Shown piece by piece: positions 43,358-53,857 of a stretch of DNA of 64,000 nucleotides. The stretch is from NCBI GenBank assembly GCA_000320545.1, contig ADNK01000036.1, forward strand, positions 1 through 64,000, given 5' to 3'. Within the stretch, counting starts at the first letter, position 1, and each line of letters opens with the position of its first letter. The translations under genes were made by a program, and so were the position numbers. The stretch is from Bigelowiella natans CCMP2755 (lineage: Eukaryota > Protista > Cercozoa). The notes under the pieces are model-generated. The model saw only the letters and a program-made list of their open reading frames with translations, was not told where the DNA came from and did no database searches.

Positions 43358-44228
43358 GCTCGCGCAGACAGACGGCCTCAAGGAAGTGTTGTCGCCTCAT
43401 CCATACATCTATGACTCAATGTGTCCTCATTCCTTCTTCTCACACAATGAGTTGATGGTGCTGTTGGTTCGTTTGCGTGTGTGTGTGTGTGTGTGTGTGT
43501 GCGTTCTCCTTCCTGACAAAGACCCTCTCGGTCGCCTCCCGCCGTGTACTGGTATAGATACTGTTTACGATGACATCAACAACGATTTGGAACGATTTGG
43601 AACGATTTACAAGCCTATACACACCCCACATTTACCACCGCGACTATTGTTGATGATGAGTCTTTATAAATCGCATTTTTGTCATGAAAGAACGTGTGAT
43701 GATAGGCCAGCACTGCCGTCTATTTGGCAATGTGAATATGTATATATGTACATAGTACACATGTTCCTATGCTGATATTTTAATGATAACATTAGGTTTA
43801 TCTTGCTTTGGCCTCGATTAAAGGAGATCGCCAAGACGATGATGGTTCTCCAGCTGCGAACGCCGTTTCCAACTTCCAGCATGTTACCAGGTAGGCCTCT
43901 CGAGAAGATGATGATATATGATCCTGCTTTTCATCAGCAACAACAGCTTTTAGAACACAGCATCTGGCTGATCAAAGCAATGTGGTGACTGACTGCGCTG
44001 TATCTGAATATCTCCCCCTTTCTCTTCTTTTCTGTGCCTGTAGCGCCCTGAAGCTTGGCGTCACCGAGAACGAAAGAGAGGCGGCGATGAGGAAGGAGTA
44101 CCAGTTCCAGCTTGATGCAATGAGGGCCAACTTGGATCAAACTCAGGCGACCCTCAACCAAAAAGAGTAAGTAGCAGCAGCAGCATTAGCGGCCAGCATC
44201 ACGCCATCTTGTATTTAGCCTAGATCGG

Positions 44229-44265
<37 letters not shown>

Positions 44266-45970
44266 ACACACAACCCACGCATGCTCACCGTAGACGATGG
44301 AGATGAGTGACACTAAATAAACTATCACAGGCAAGAGAACGAGGGCATGAAAGCAGAGGCCGAAAAGCTTGAGCGAAGCGTGGAGCAGCTCAGCTCAAAA
44401 GCAGCAACATTGGAGGTCAGTAAGTCGCACGCATTCACGCGCATATACCTTCGAGAGCAAAGCGCCGGCAAAGTTTGCATAGGAAAGTAGTGATTGGTCT
44501 TTAGTAGCACGCACCTACCAGCACCGTTTGCCCTGTGAATAGAAGTAGAGAGCATAAAATAAATCTCTGTCGTAATGAAAGAAGAAGAAAAAGTTGTAGT
44601 AGTAGTTGTTGTTATCGGAGCCTATGGAGAACGCGATAATCTACATCATCGACGCCCTGCTGATCATCAACCTCCTTCTCCTTCACCTCATTGTTCTCTT
44701 GATATCACATCTCAGTCCGATGCGAAGAAGGCAAAGGCGGAGGCCGAAGACTGCCGTAGAGAGGTACTACCCCACGTGAAAGCAGCAAAAGCACGATTTG
44801 AATAGACAGTTGCCATAATGAATATTTGGTTTTAAATGAAAATACGCGCGCGCGCGCGCGTGTGTGGGTATGAGCGTGTGCGTTGAGGGACACCTGTGAG
44901 TATTTTAAGTTTGTTGGTCTTGCTGAATGTAAATTTCTTCTTCTCCCCACCCACCGCCATCGGCATCATCTATAAAAGATGAAGCGCCTCAAGGAGTTAC
45001 TACGCAAGAAGGACGGACTGATCACTGGCCTGACGTTAGATAAGGCTGCTGCTACTCAGATTATGTCATCATCATCGTCCTCGTCCAGGGGAGGGGGAGG
45101 AGGAAAGAGGGGCTCGATTAGTACGTTCTCCTCACAATAATGCCAGACAATATATATTAATATGCTAGCTCCTCCAAGGAGCCGCAAATACCCCTTCAAA
45201 TTTAACAATCATCGAAATGGAGGAGAATCAGCTTGCATCCTAGTACCAGAGTCGTTTGCTGCTACTACTACTAAGCTGTGTACTTTATCTTCTTCTTCTT
45301 CTTCTTCTTCTACTACTACTGCACTACCCTTACAACTACCCTATTACCCATTAGCTCTTTCTTACATTGTTTGTCCAATCAATCAATCAATCAATCAGGT
45401 TCCGAATGCGAATCCTCCGTTAGCTCCGAGAATAGCCAACCGTTGAACACCCCTCGAAAGACGCCACGAACGCCATCTCTTCTCAAGTCTACTCCTAAGA
45501 CCACCACAAGCAGCAGCAGCAGCAGCAGCAGCAGCACGGTAGTCAAAAATGTTTGCATGGTTGCATCGTCGCGCACCATGATCTTTTCACCCTCCCCCAT
45601 TCATGATGAAGGACTCATGAGCAGCCGTATCTTACTCAGACGTGATGCCGTTTGTTTTTAACTAATACATCAGAGTGGGGCTAAAATGACGGGGAGAATG
45701 CTGAAAAGACCATCGGTACGCAATCCAACAGGCATTTCTCCAGCAGGAGGGATTTGTCAATTCTATGTTTTTTTAATTCTCGCTCATCTTTCGAGCTCCT
45801 CATTGGTAAACGCAACTACATAGGCACCTTCTGGGCTGCCGAGCAGATTCGGCACACGATCGAAGTTTGGTGGTTATAGAAAGGCCAGCTTGAAGAAGCC
45901 GATGACGCAGAACAGCTTATTTGATTCAGCAACACATCATGTCTGTGTGATATTTAGCGTGGTGCAGTGA
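38079..45970 (+). CDS. Kinesin, N-terminal motor (CENP-E/kinesin-7-like) with coiled-coil and S/T/P-rich tail; 3' end may extend to ~46262
   Basis: [106 protein letters not shown]. Confidence 0.92.
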
Positions 45971-45977
45971 TGATGCA

Positions 45978-46039
<62 letters not shown>

Positions 46040-46938
46040 CTCTCTCTCTCTTTCTCTCTCTCTTTTCTCTTTCTCTCTCTCTCTCCCCCCCTCTCTCTCT
46101 CTCTCTGTGTGTGTGTGTGCTTTGGATAGATATTTGTAAATATATACAGCATGTGCTACATGATATTTTTATATGGTCATTATTTTGTCGTGACAATTCA
46201 AGAGTGTTGCATTAATTCTTATGAAAAATTTCTCCTCGAATTCAATATTTCAGATGCGATGAGTATCCCTCGGCGTGCAAGATTGTGACCGTAGTTGAAA
46301 AATAATAGCAAGATGTCATTTATTTTAATTTTTCAAGTTTTGTTGTAAAGTTTCAAGCCTATAGAAAGTACGTTGCATTCGGCGTGTAGGCAAGGTCGTT
46401 CATCTAGACTCTTTGTTGTTATTCTTATTGATTTTGTTGACCGTTTCAAAGTTGAAATGATGAGCTATCATATACTCCTAGATGCCTTTCACATCTTGCT
46501 AGCTTGTCAGAATGCGACTAGCCTAGCATCTGGTACATAGCACATGCGCTTTAGCTTTAACTATGCCATGCTATGGTTTTGTATGTGAAAGTGTGTGTGT
46601 GTGTGTGTGGCTGCGCGCGCACACGCTAGCTAGCTAGCGCAAGCGCGATAAAGCGAGTGCATCGTAAATAGCTATGAGATGGCCTAGTGGTAGCTAGCTA
46701 GCTCTATCTAGTAATGCTAGAATGCTAGCTCGTAATTGCATTATTTCTAGATTTGTTACATATATTTAGACACATGCGTCTCTAGCTAGCTAAATCTATC
46801 AATTACTAAGCAATCTAGCAATGTTACGTTATTGTTAGTAAGAGAGAGTACACGCTAGCTAGCTAGCTAGCTAGCATCCTAGCATCCTAGCATCTAGCTA
46901 GCTAGCTCTGATGTGTTGCACTTCTCTAGTGCTAGCTA

Positions 46939-47096
46939 GCTAGACTGTCGTAGATTCCGCACTCTAGCATACTGCTAGACTGCTAGACTGTCGTAGATTC
47001 CGCACTCTAGCATACTGCTAGACTGCTAGCTAGCTAGACTGTCGTAGATTCCGCACTCTAGCATACTGCTAGACTGCTAGACTGCTGCTAGACTGC
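46939..47096. repeat. 43-bp minisatellite, 3 copies, within a GCTA/CTAG-rich intergenic tract
   Basis: GCTAGACTGTCGTAGATTCCGCACTCTAGCATACTGCTAGACT at ~46939, ~46982 and ~47033, followed by short GCTAGACT repeats. Confidence 0.9.
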
Positions 47097-47703
47097 TCTA
47101 GCTAGCTAGCTAGCTACAGCAAGGCTACGGCAAGCTAGCAAGTGACTGGTGCGGATCTCGCTAACACTCGTAGCGCTATAGAAGTTAATTAGCTATCCCA
47201 GCTATGCTGCACAACTGATGTAGAACCAGGTAACTAGGTAGCCAGTCTAGCAGTAGCTTTGCTAGTTTGATCGTGCTCACACGCATGCTAGCATGTCTAG
47301 ACCTTAAGCATTTAGAGCAGACATGCTAGCATGCATCACATCGCCGACATCTCTAGATCTGCAAGATCTTAACATGCTCACATGTACACAAAGTACTGTA
47401 TGTGACGACGACTACCCGTGATTAGTTATTTATTTACACACACGACACACGATCAACGCGGTGCTACATGCACTCTTTAGACTCTATAGGAGGCAAACAA
47501 TTTCATTCTAACGACGGCATTTTTTCTTGCGTCCAATTGGTGAATAATAAGTGCTTATTTCACGCAGGAGGGTGGAGGATGGTGAAGAAGTCCCATTGAC
47601 TTCGGACTAATTTTCTCTTTGTACATCTTAAATAAATACAGGCAGCAAACTTCGCGACGTTTCCCTTGCCATTACGGCCAAACGTCCTATTCTGACACCT
47701 GGT

Positions 47704-48099
47704 TTATGACGAAGAAGCAGATGGTGATGATGATGATGATGATGACGACGACGATGATGATGAGTCAACAAAGCTGCTTGAATAAAAAGTGAATAAGTTC
47801 TTGCTGCAAGCGTTATTCACCTTCGATTCAAGGTTTGTCGAGCGAGCGTTCCTTGGTACTATTCTTAGTAAACCAATGCTCTTAAAACAGTTCCCAATTC
47901 TCTTGAGGCACTTGCTGGCTCCTTCCTCGTTCTCAAGTGCAGATGATGATCTCGTTGACTCCGACGATACCGACGATGATGATGCCTTGGTTTGGTGCTC
48001 GAGGCGGTCGTGCATGGCCTTGTGACAGGTCCGCATCACCGTTTGAGACACCACGAGAGATATCAGACAAGCTGATTTATTGTTCAGTACAAACACACA

Positions 48100-48159
<60 letters not shown>

Positions 48160-51100
48160 AGGAGAAAGAGAGAGCAGCAGCAGCAGCAGTAGCCACAGAA
48201 AGCACATTTTTCAGCAAGAATGTCAGCCATTACAAAGAGGAAGAAAGCGATGGAGCCAAGGCGATACGAGCAGCAGCAAATATTGTTGTTGTTGTCAAGA
48301 GTGTTGATCATCATCATCATCATCACCATCATGATCGTTGTGTGCGACTACTGACCGAAGAATAGCACCCAGCAGCCGTCGCTCAACGTCGCAATAACGG
48401 TGAAGCAGGTGTTGTAGCCGCCGAGGTACTGAGTCATGTGCTGCTTGAGGAAGGCGTCGATGACGTCGCACTTGTCGCCCACGAGAAACTTGGCGAACTG
48501 CTGGATCTCAAGGATCGCTGCGATGATGGAGACGACGAAGACGTCCAGCGCGCTCCACGCGTTGAGCACCTCCGTGAAGTAGAAGACCGAGTACTGCACC
48601 TTGGCGGTCATCGGTACCCACCACAAGAACATCATCACGACGAGGTGGCAGAGGGGAACGGCGAACGATACGGTGTAGAAGACCGCCTGGATCCATATCA
48701 CCCCGACACCGCTCGGGTTTGACGACGCCTGTGGGATGGCCTTCGTCACGCTCAGCAGCGAGTACGTGCGGGTGGCGTCATCGCCCAAGAAGAGGCTGGC
48801 GAGGCCCTTAAACTCGAATCGGAATGACTCGATGATCGATCCTGCCAGGATCACACAGACCCCGAGGAAGAGCAAGAACGAGACCAGCAGCTTCCCCAGC
48901 CACGTGCAGGCTACGCGCTGGTTGCGTTCAAGGCCATACGACGCCCCTGGGTAGACGTGGTTGCACAAGGCCTCCCTGGCCCCTCCGGGGGCGATCGCCT
49001 TCGACTCGTCGGGGAAACGGTGGTAGTGCAGCACGATGTGCGTGGTCAGCAGCGACGTAATCGTCGCCATCAGGAACGTGTAGAAGCCCAGGCCGGGCTC
49101 CACGAGCACGTCCGCGGTGAAGAAGTTGACGCCGATCTCGCTCTCCGGATTCGAGATGGAGAAACGAAAGGCGACCAGCATGAGCGACAGGACGTAGGCG
49201 TCCAGCAAAGACCACTTTCCGAGGGCGTCGAGGGCGATCAGAAGGCTCTCACGACGCTTCTCCGAAAGCCATGACAGTGGGAACAGCCAGCACACTTGCA
49301 TGAGCAGGAGCTTCAGGTACGGCCACCCACCTGAGAATACCGCGACTAAGATCGAGAGGGGATAGACCTTGGCCTTCCACATGTCCACAATCGTGTTGGA
49401 GAGGGAGAACTCAAAGAGGGTGGGGAGCTCTGGCGAGAAGTCCCCGGCGTGGAGATCGATCTCCACCGCCGCACCCGTCCCCATGTTCGAGATGATGAAG
49501 GTGGCGATGTTGCCGCACAGGGCGATGGGAACGCCGAAACGGAAGATGATAGGGATGTGCGAATTAGCTGCGAGGCAGTTCCAAGGGGGGAAGGAGGACG
49601 ACGACGACGACGATGATGATGATGATGATAATAACTTGGCGTGATCTGACGATGAAGCTGCTTGGTCGCCCTTGACCTCTTCCCACTCAGATCTCGAATG
49701 ATCAAGAGAATTGTGGTGTTGAGGGCTATTAAGGGACGGACCCGCTTCTTCTAACCGATTGTAATGGCCTTTTCCATCTTCCTGGTGGTGATTAGAGAGC
49801 CACTTTCGCCGACAATACCATCCCAGCGAGACCAGAATCAAGAAGGACCCCACGCCCAAGACGGTTCCCAGGAACACGGCTTTCTCGTAGAGCTTCTTCC
49901 CGGAGGGGGAGGTTGATGGGCTTGGGACTGGCTCGCCCGCGCACACGTATGCTCCCTCGTCCATCACCGTCCGAGCGATTTGGTTGATCTGCGTCTGGAT
50001 GAAGGGGGAACCGACATTGAAGAGGTAGTTGATCAGCTCCTTGCTCAGCAAGTCAAACTGCGGGATGGCCTCCTCTAGCTTGTGCAGGGAGGAGGAATGC
50101 CCCCCCGCGAGCCTCATGTAGCACTCGTCGACGCTCAGGTCCAGGTTGACGAATCTGCCGTCACTTAATGCGCTCGCATCGCAGTACACGTTACCGACCT
50201 GCTCCACCGTGAGGTTGGAGAAAGAGGCCTTATTGACCAGGAGAACGCCCGTTGTATCGAGGGAGAGGTTGGCGAAGTGGAACGACAGCCGAAAAGAATC
50301 CTTCACCGTGCTCCCGGCGGTGGCGAGGTGTCCTCCTCCTCCTCCTCGTTGTCGTCCTTCTTCTTCTTCTTCAGCTTCTCCAATAATCGTGTCAATCCCC
50401 AACGAGATGTTCACAGGCCCTTCCCTCTTGGCCCAGTCCATGTAGGAGAGCAGTGTTCGATTGTCCAGGGGGTTGAAGAAAGAGAAGTTGGCGAACGACA
50501 TCACGCCGTAGAAATCCAGGTCTCGGAACACGACCCTGAGGTTATCCTGCACCTTGAAGCTTGCGAGCTCTCCACGGATATGCGCCACGCCATCGTCATC
50601 TGCGCCCAAGAGCTGTTGCAGAATCCAGTTGATGCTTAGAGGCCCCGAGGCATCGACGAACTTGTTGGCCTCGGCGAAGAAGGTGCTCAGGGTACCATTC
50701 GTCCAGTCTATGAACTCTCCTCCACCAACGCTGGGACTGCTCGGACACCCAGTTTGTGCCATTTCAGCTCGCATCTTCTCAAGCTCTTCGTTGAGAATGT
50801 CGGTCAGAGGCCCCATGATGACCCCGTGCAGGACGTCAGGGACCACCGATTTGTAGTTGTCGATGAAGAACTCGAGGACGGTATCTATAGTCCGGTCGAG
50901 CTCCCCCTCAATGTCACCCCCCTTGGTGATTAGCTTCAGGGCTCCCAACGTAAAATTGACCGAGATCTCGGTAAAATTCACTGCGTGCAGGGCAGTGGCT
51001 ATGCACGAGGGAAGCACGAGCTGGCCCATCCTCATCCCACGAACATAGCTCTCGCGGAGTGCAAGCAACGTTGAGAGCTGGATCGTAGGCTTGTCCACGT

Positions 51101-51617
51101 ACAGATTCAGCAAAAACCTTTCGGTCAAGTTACCTCCGGACACAGTATCGCCCTGCCCTAGCATAACCTGCAATGCTAGGCCCATGGTCACGTTGAGAGA
51201 CTCGGCTTCCAGCGACGTGTTCAGCACGTATGGGTTCAGCGTAGTCGTCCCAAAAAGGTTCAGGTCTTTGAAGGTGTCCAGGCCTCCGATGGTCACGTTT
51301 TCAATGTCGATGCGAATCAGCGCTCCCATCGTTGCATTAATGAGTGACGAGAATCCAGAAGGCACGGAGATGACGCCGGAGTTATCTGTAAGCCTATCGA
51401 CGAGCTTGTTGATGCTCAGAGGCCCTGATGGGCTGAGGAGATAGTCGAGAACATAATCAACCCCATCAATAATTTTGGAGTCCCTCCAGTTTATCATCCC
51501 GGCTGGAACAGGTGGGGGGGGATTGGGGGTGCAGCACTGTGGTGGTATATACGGGGTCATTGCTGAAAAAACAAACAAACGGCAATATGATCATTCTTTT
51601 TCCCTTCAATATATATA

Positions 51618-51656
<39 letters not shown>

Positions 51657-52723
51657 GTATTATATGTAAATTTATATAATATGTGAAAAGTACAAACCAG
51701 TGTCTAAAGCGAGAAGAACGTTGGTGAGATTGGTATTTATAAGAGTGTTAAATTCGTCACAGATAACAGAATCAATCTTCGAGTCAATCTGCCCCTCCGC
51801 CCATTTCACTGAGGACAGGTAGTATCGAGGGTGATGGTGAGGACACTCCTTTTTGAGCATAATGACGAGATGATTTAAATTTCTTACATATCAGGTTGAC
51901 GAGAGAGGACAATGCGCTCAACTTTAGCTTGATCGTGGTTTTCACGTCCGCGCCACATTGCAGATTTGTTGCCTTCCTAGCTAACCGGCCATCCCCTGAA
52001 AAATGCACCATTCGTTTGTTGTTGCTCCACATGTCTATCACAACTTTAGACCCGTAATTTGAAGGGTATCTTGAACGGAAGTTTGGTAAACCTTTGCCGT
52101 CCCTGAACCGGAACTGAAAATTAACACACATCATGCATTAGAATAATTTGCGAGAGCAGCTGCTGTCAAATACCCTATGGAGACTCCATCAAGATGGGCC
52201 TGGAACTTTGGTATCGAGCAAGCTACATTGATACCACTCAAAATGAATCGCATTGATGTCTGTTCCTTTAGATAACTGGAGGAGATGTTGCCTATACGAA
52301 TGCCCTTACAGATAATCTGGTTGAGTTCGAGGTCAACCTTCCCGACAGTGACCCCAGCTACTTTGAATGATTTTTGAAGGGGGGGCTGAGAAATTCAATT
52401 TTGGAAATTAGTCACGAAGGAAATAATAGAAAACGATTTTGGGCGCACCATATTTATTGCGATTGTTATGTTTGCAAGCCATCTCGCCAGAGGATCGACT
52501 TCTCCCTTAAATTTCAGGACAAAGTATGTCAGTTCACAGTGACGACGAGAAGAATTTTGGTTGGTGCTACCTTCATCACAATTGGAGGTAAGGATGACTG
52601 GGCCGTAGAACCATCGCAAAGAGTAAAGGAGGTTGAAGCCAGACACAGAATGTAAAAGGCGAGGCCAAAAAATGAGGGAACAGTGGAAAGAAGGCGAGTT
52701 GGAGGCGCCCGGTTTTGTGACAT
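47704..52723 (-). CDS. Large secretory-pathway membrane protein: signal peptide, repeated BPI/TULIP-like ectodomains, TM, two PqiA (paraquat-inducible A) domains
   Basis: Signal-like MSQNRAPP...FFGLAFYILCLASTSFTLCDG, then short 5' exons and a ~3.2-kb exon. PqiA motifs MWKAKVYPLSILVAVFSGGWPYLKL...LGKWSLLDAYV and AVPLCHL...LNAWSALDVFVVSI. The ectodomain fold call is inference. Confidence 0.8.
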
Positions 52724-53480
52724 GGCACGTTCACAAATCGTCCAGCCCGATATGTGAGAGCCGTGATTACAAAGCAACCACTCACCTAGTGCCTAGTGTA
52801 ATCCCTCTGCCAACTTAACGATGGTGCATCAAAAATGGTCTCAAGTAGTCAATCGCAAGACTTGGCCGTACCACCGGAAATTCAGACTAACTCGCGTAAT
52901 TGCCTGATTCAGAATTTCTCCTTTGCGACGAAATGTACCCTATATTACTTGTCTTAGGTTTTGATTAAAATGGGTTTTACATCCTTTATTCTGAACATCA
53001 TCTGTGTTTCAGTCCCAAAAAAACATGGAAATGAAATAAAATGGAAGGGGGGAAAATGCCGTCATAGGACAAATTCTTATGTCGCACAAACCTAAAATTA
53101 AGGGTATTGAGACGCGATCGACGTAGGTTTGCACTTTCGGACCCTTTATATCACCCGCGCTCAGCCGAGGCCTTATTCAGATATCACACAAAGCTGGGCA
53201 ACGTTACATCAGAATAAAATAGCGTTGATTTTGGCCCAATGTGGATGTAGAACAACCGAAAGTACTAAGAATTACATAAAAAGTCTAAGGAGAACATGAA
53301 TACTGGGAGAAGATGTGTCCGAAACTTCTTTGTCGCATGTCGCTCGTTGCCGAAAAGTTCCATCATTTTAGGTGAATTGATCTTATGAACATCAACCGCC
53401 ATTGAGCAAAAGTGTGCTCTTGTTCGTGGGGTGAGGGGTGAGCGAGCGTGTCACTCGTCGTTCTTGCTCGTCCACAACTC

Positions 53481-53806
53481 TGTTGCGCGTAAGGTGTTCA
53501 CAGGCCGAGGCGCTACGTGCACAAGTAGGCAGGGGGGGGGAAAGGCACGTTTGCTTCCTTTTGAAGAGTTGTGTTTATTTTTATTAAAGATTATATTTTT
53601 ATTAAATCGTGCACTGCGTAATCATTCGCGAAGCTTTCGCGAATGCCGCCGCACGTGGGGCAGCACACTTCCGGTGTGCTGCCATGAGTCCCGCCGGAAC
53701 CCACGTGCCTATGCTGTATTAATATCTACGTTATCTATATTCTATATCCGCGACAACCCCTTTGTTGTCGCACGTGACTTGTGCCCGCGTAGTGGTACGC
53801 GCTACA
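53481..53806 (-). repeat. 3' LTR
   Basis: TGTTGCGCGTA...TACGCGCTACA (10/11 terminal inverted repeat); identical by eye to 58871-59196. Confidence 0.97.
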
Positions 53807-53814
53807 CCTCCCCC
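53807..53814 (-). other. Polypurine tract
   Basis: GGGGGAGG on the minus strand directly abutting the 3' LTR. Confidence 0.8.
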
Positions 53815-53857
53815 AAGTCACGTTGCTCCTTCCTTCCTTCCTTATTCCCTTAGACCT

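Larger units (their letters stand above)
241..48330. repeat. Dense intronic microsatellites: (TA)n, (CA)n, (GA)n, (TAG)n, (CAT)n, (CAG)n, (GAA)n, poly-G/C
   Basis: Directly visible in most introns of EFL1, XRN1, CARNMT1 and the kinesin. Confidence 0.95.

Noticed and set aside
46939-47096. Possible CRISPR array
   Set aside because: Units are essentially head-to-tail with no unique spacers, there are no cas genes, and the context is eukaryotic.
277-48332. Many 60-200 aa ORFs with poly-CV, poly-TH, poly-RE, poly-IY runs
   Set aside because: Translations of intronic microsatellites or antisense frames of spliced genes.
53476-53480. 5-bp TSD AACTC
   Set aside because: On the right flank the first A is the terminal A of the LTR (both LTRs end GCTACA), leaving 4-bp ACTC.
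53431-53853. 140-aa plus-strand ORF and its twin at 58854-59285
   Set aside because: Antisense read-through of the identical LTRs from non-ATG starts; no protein features.
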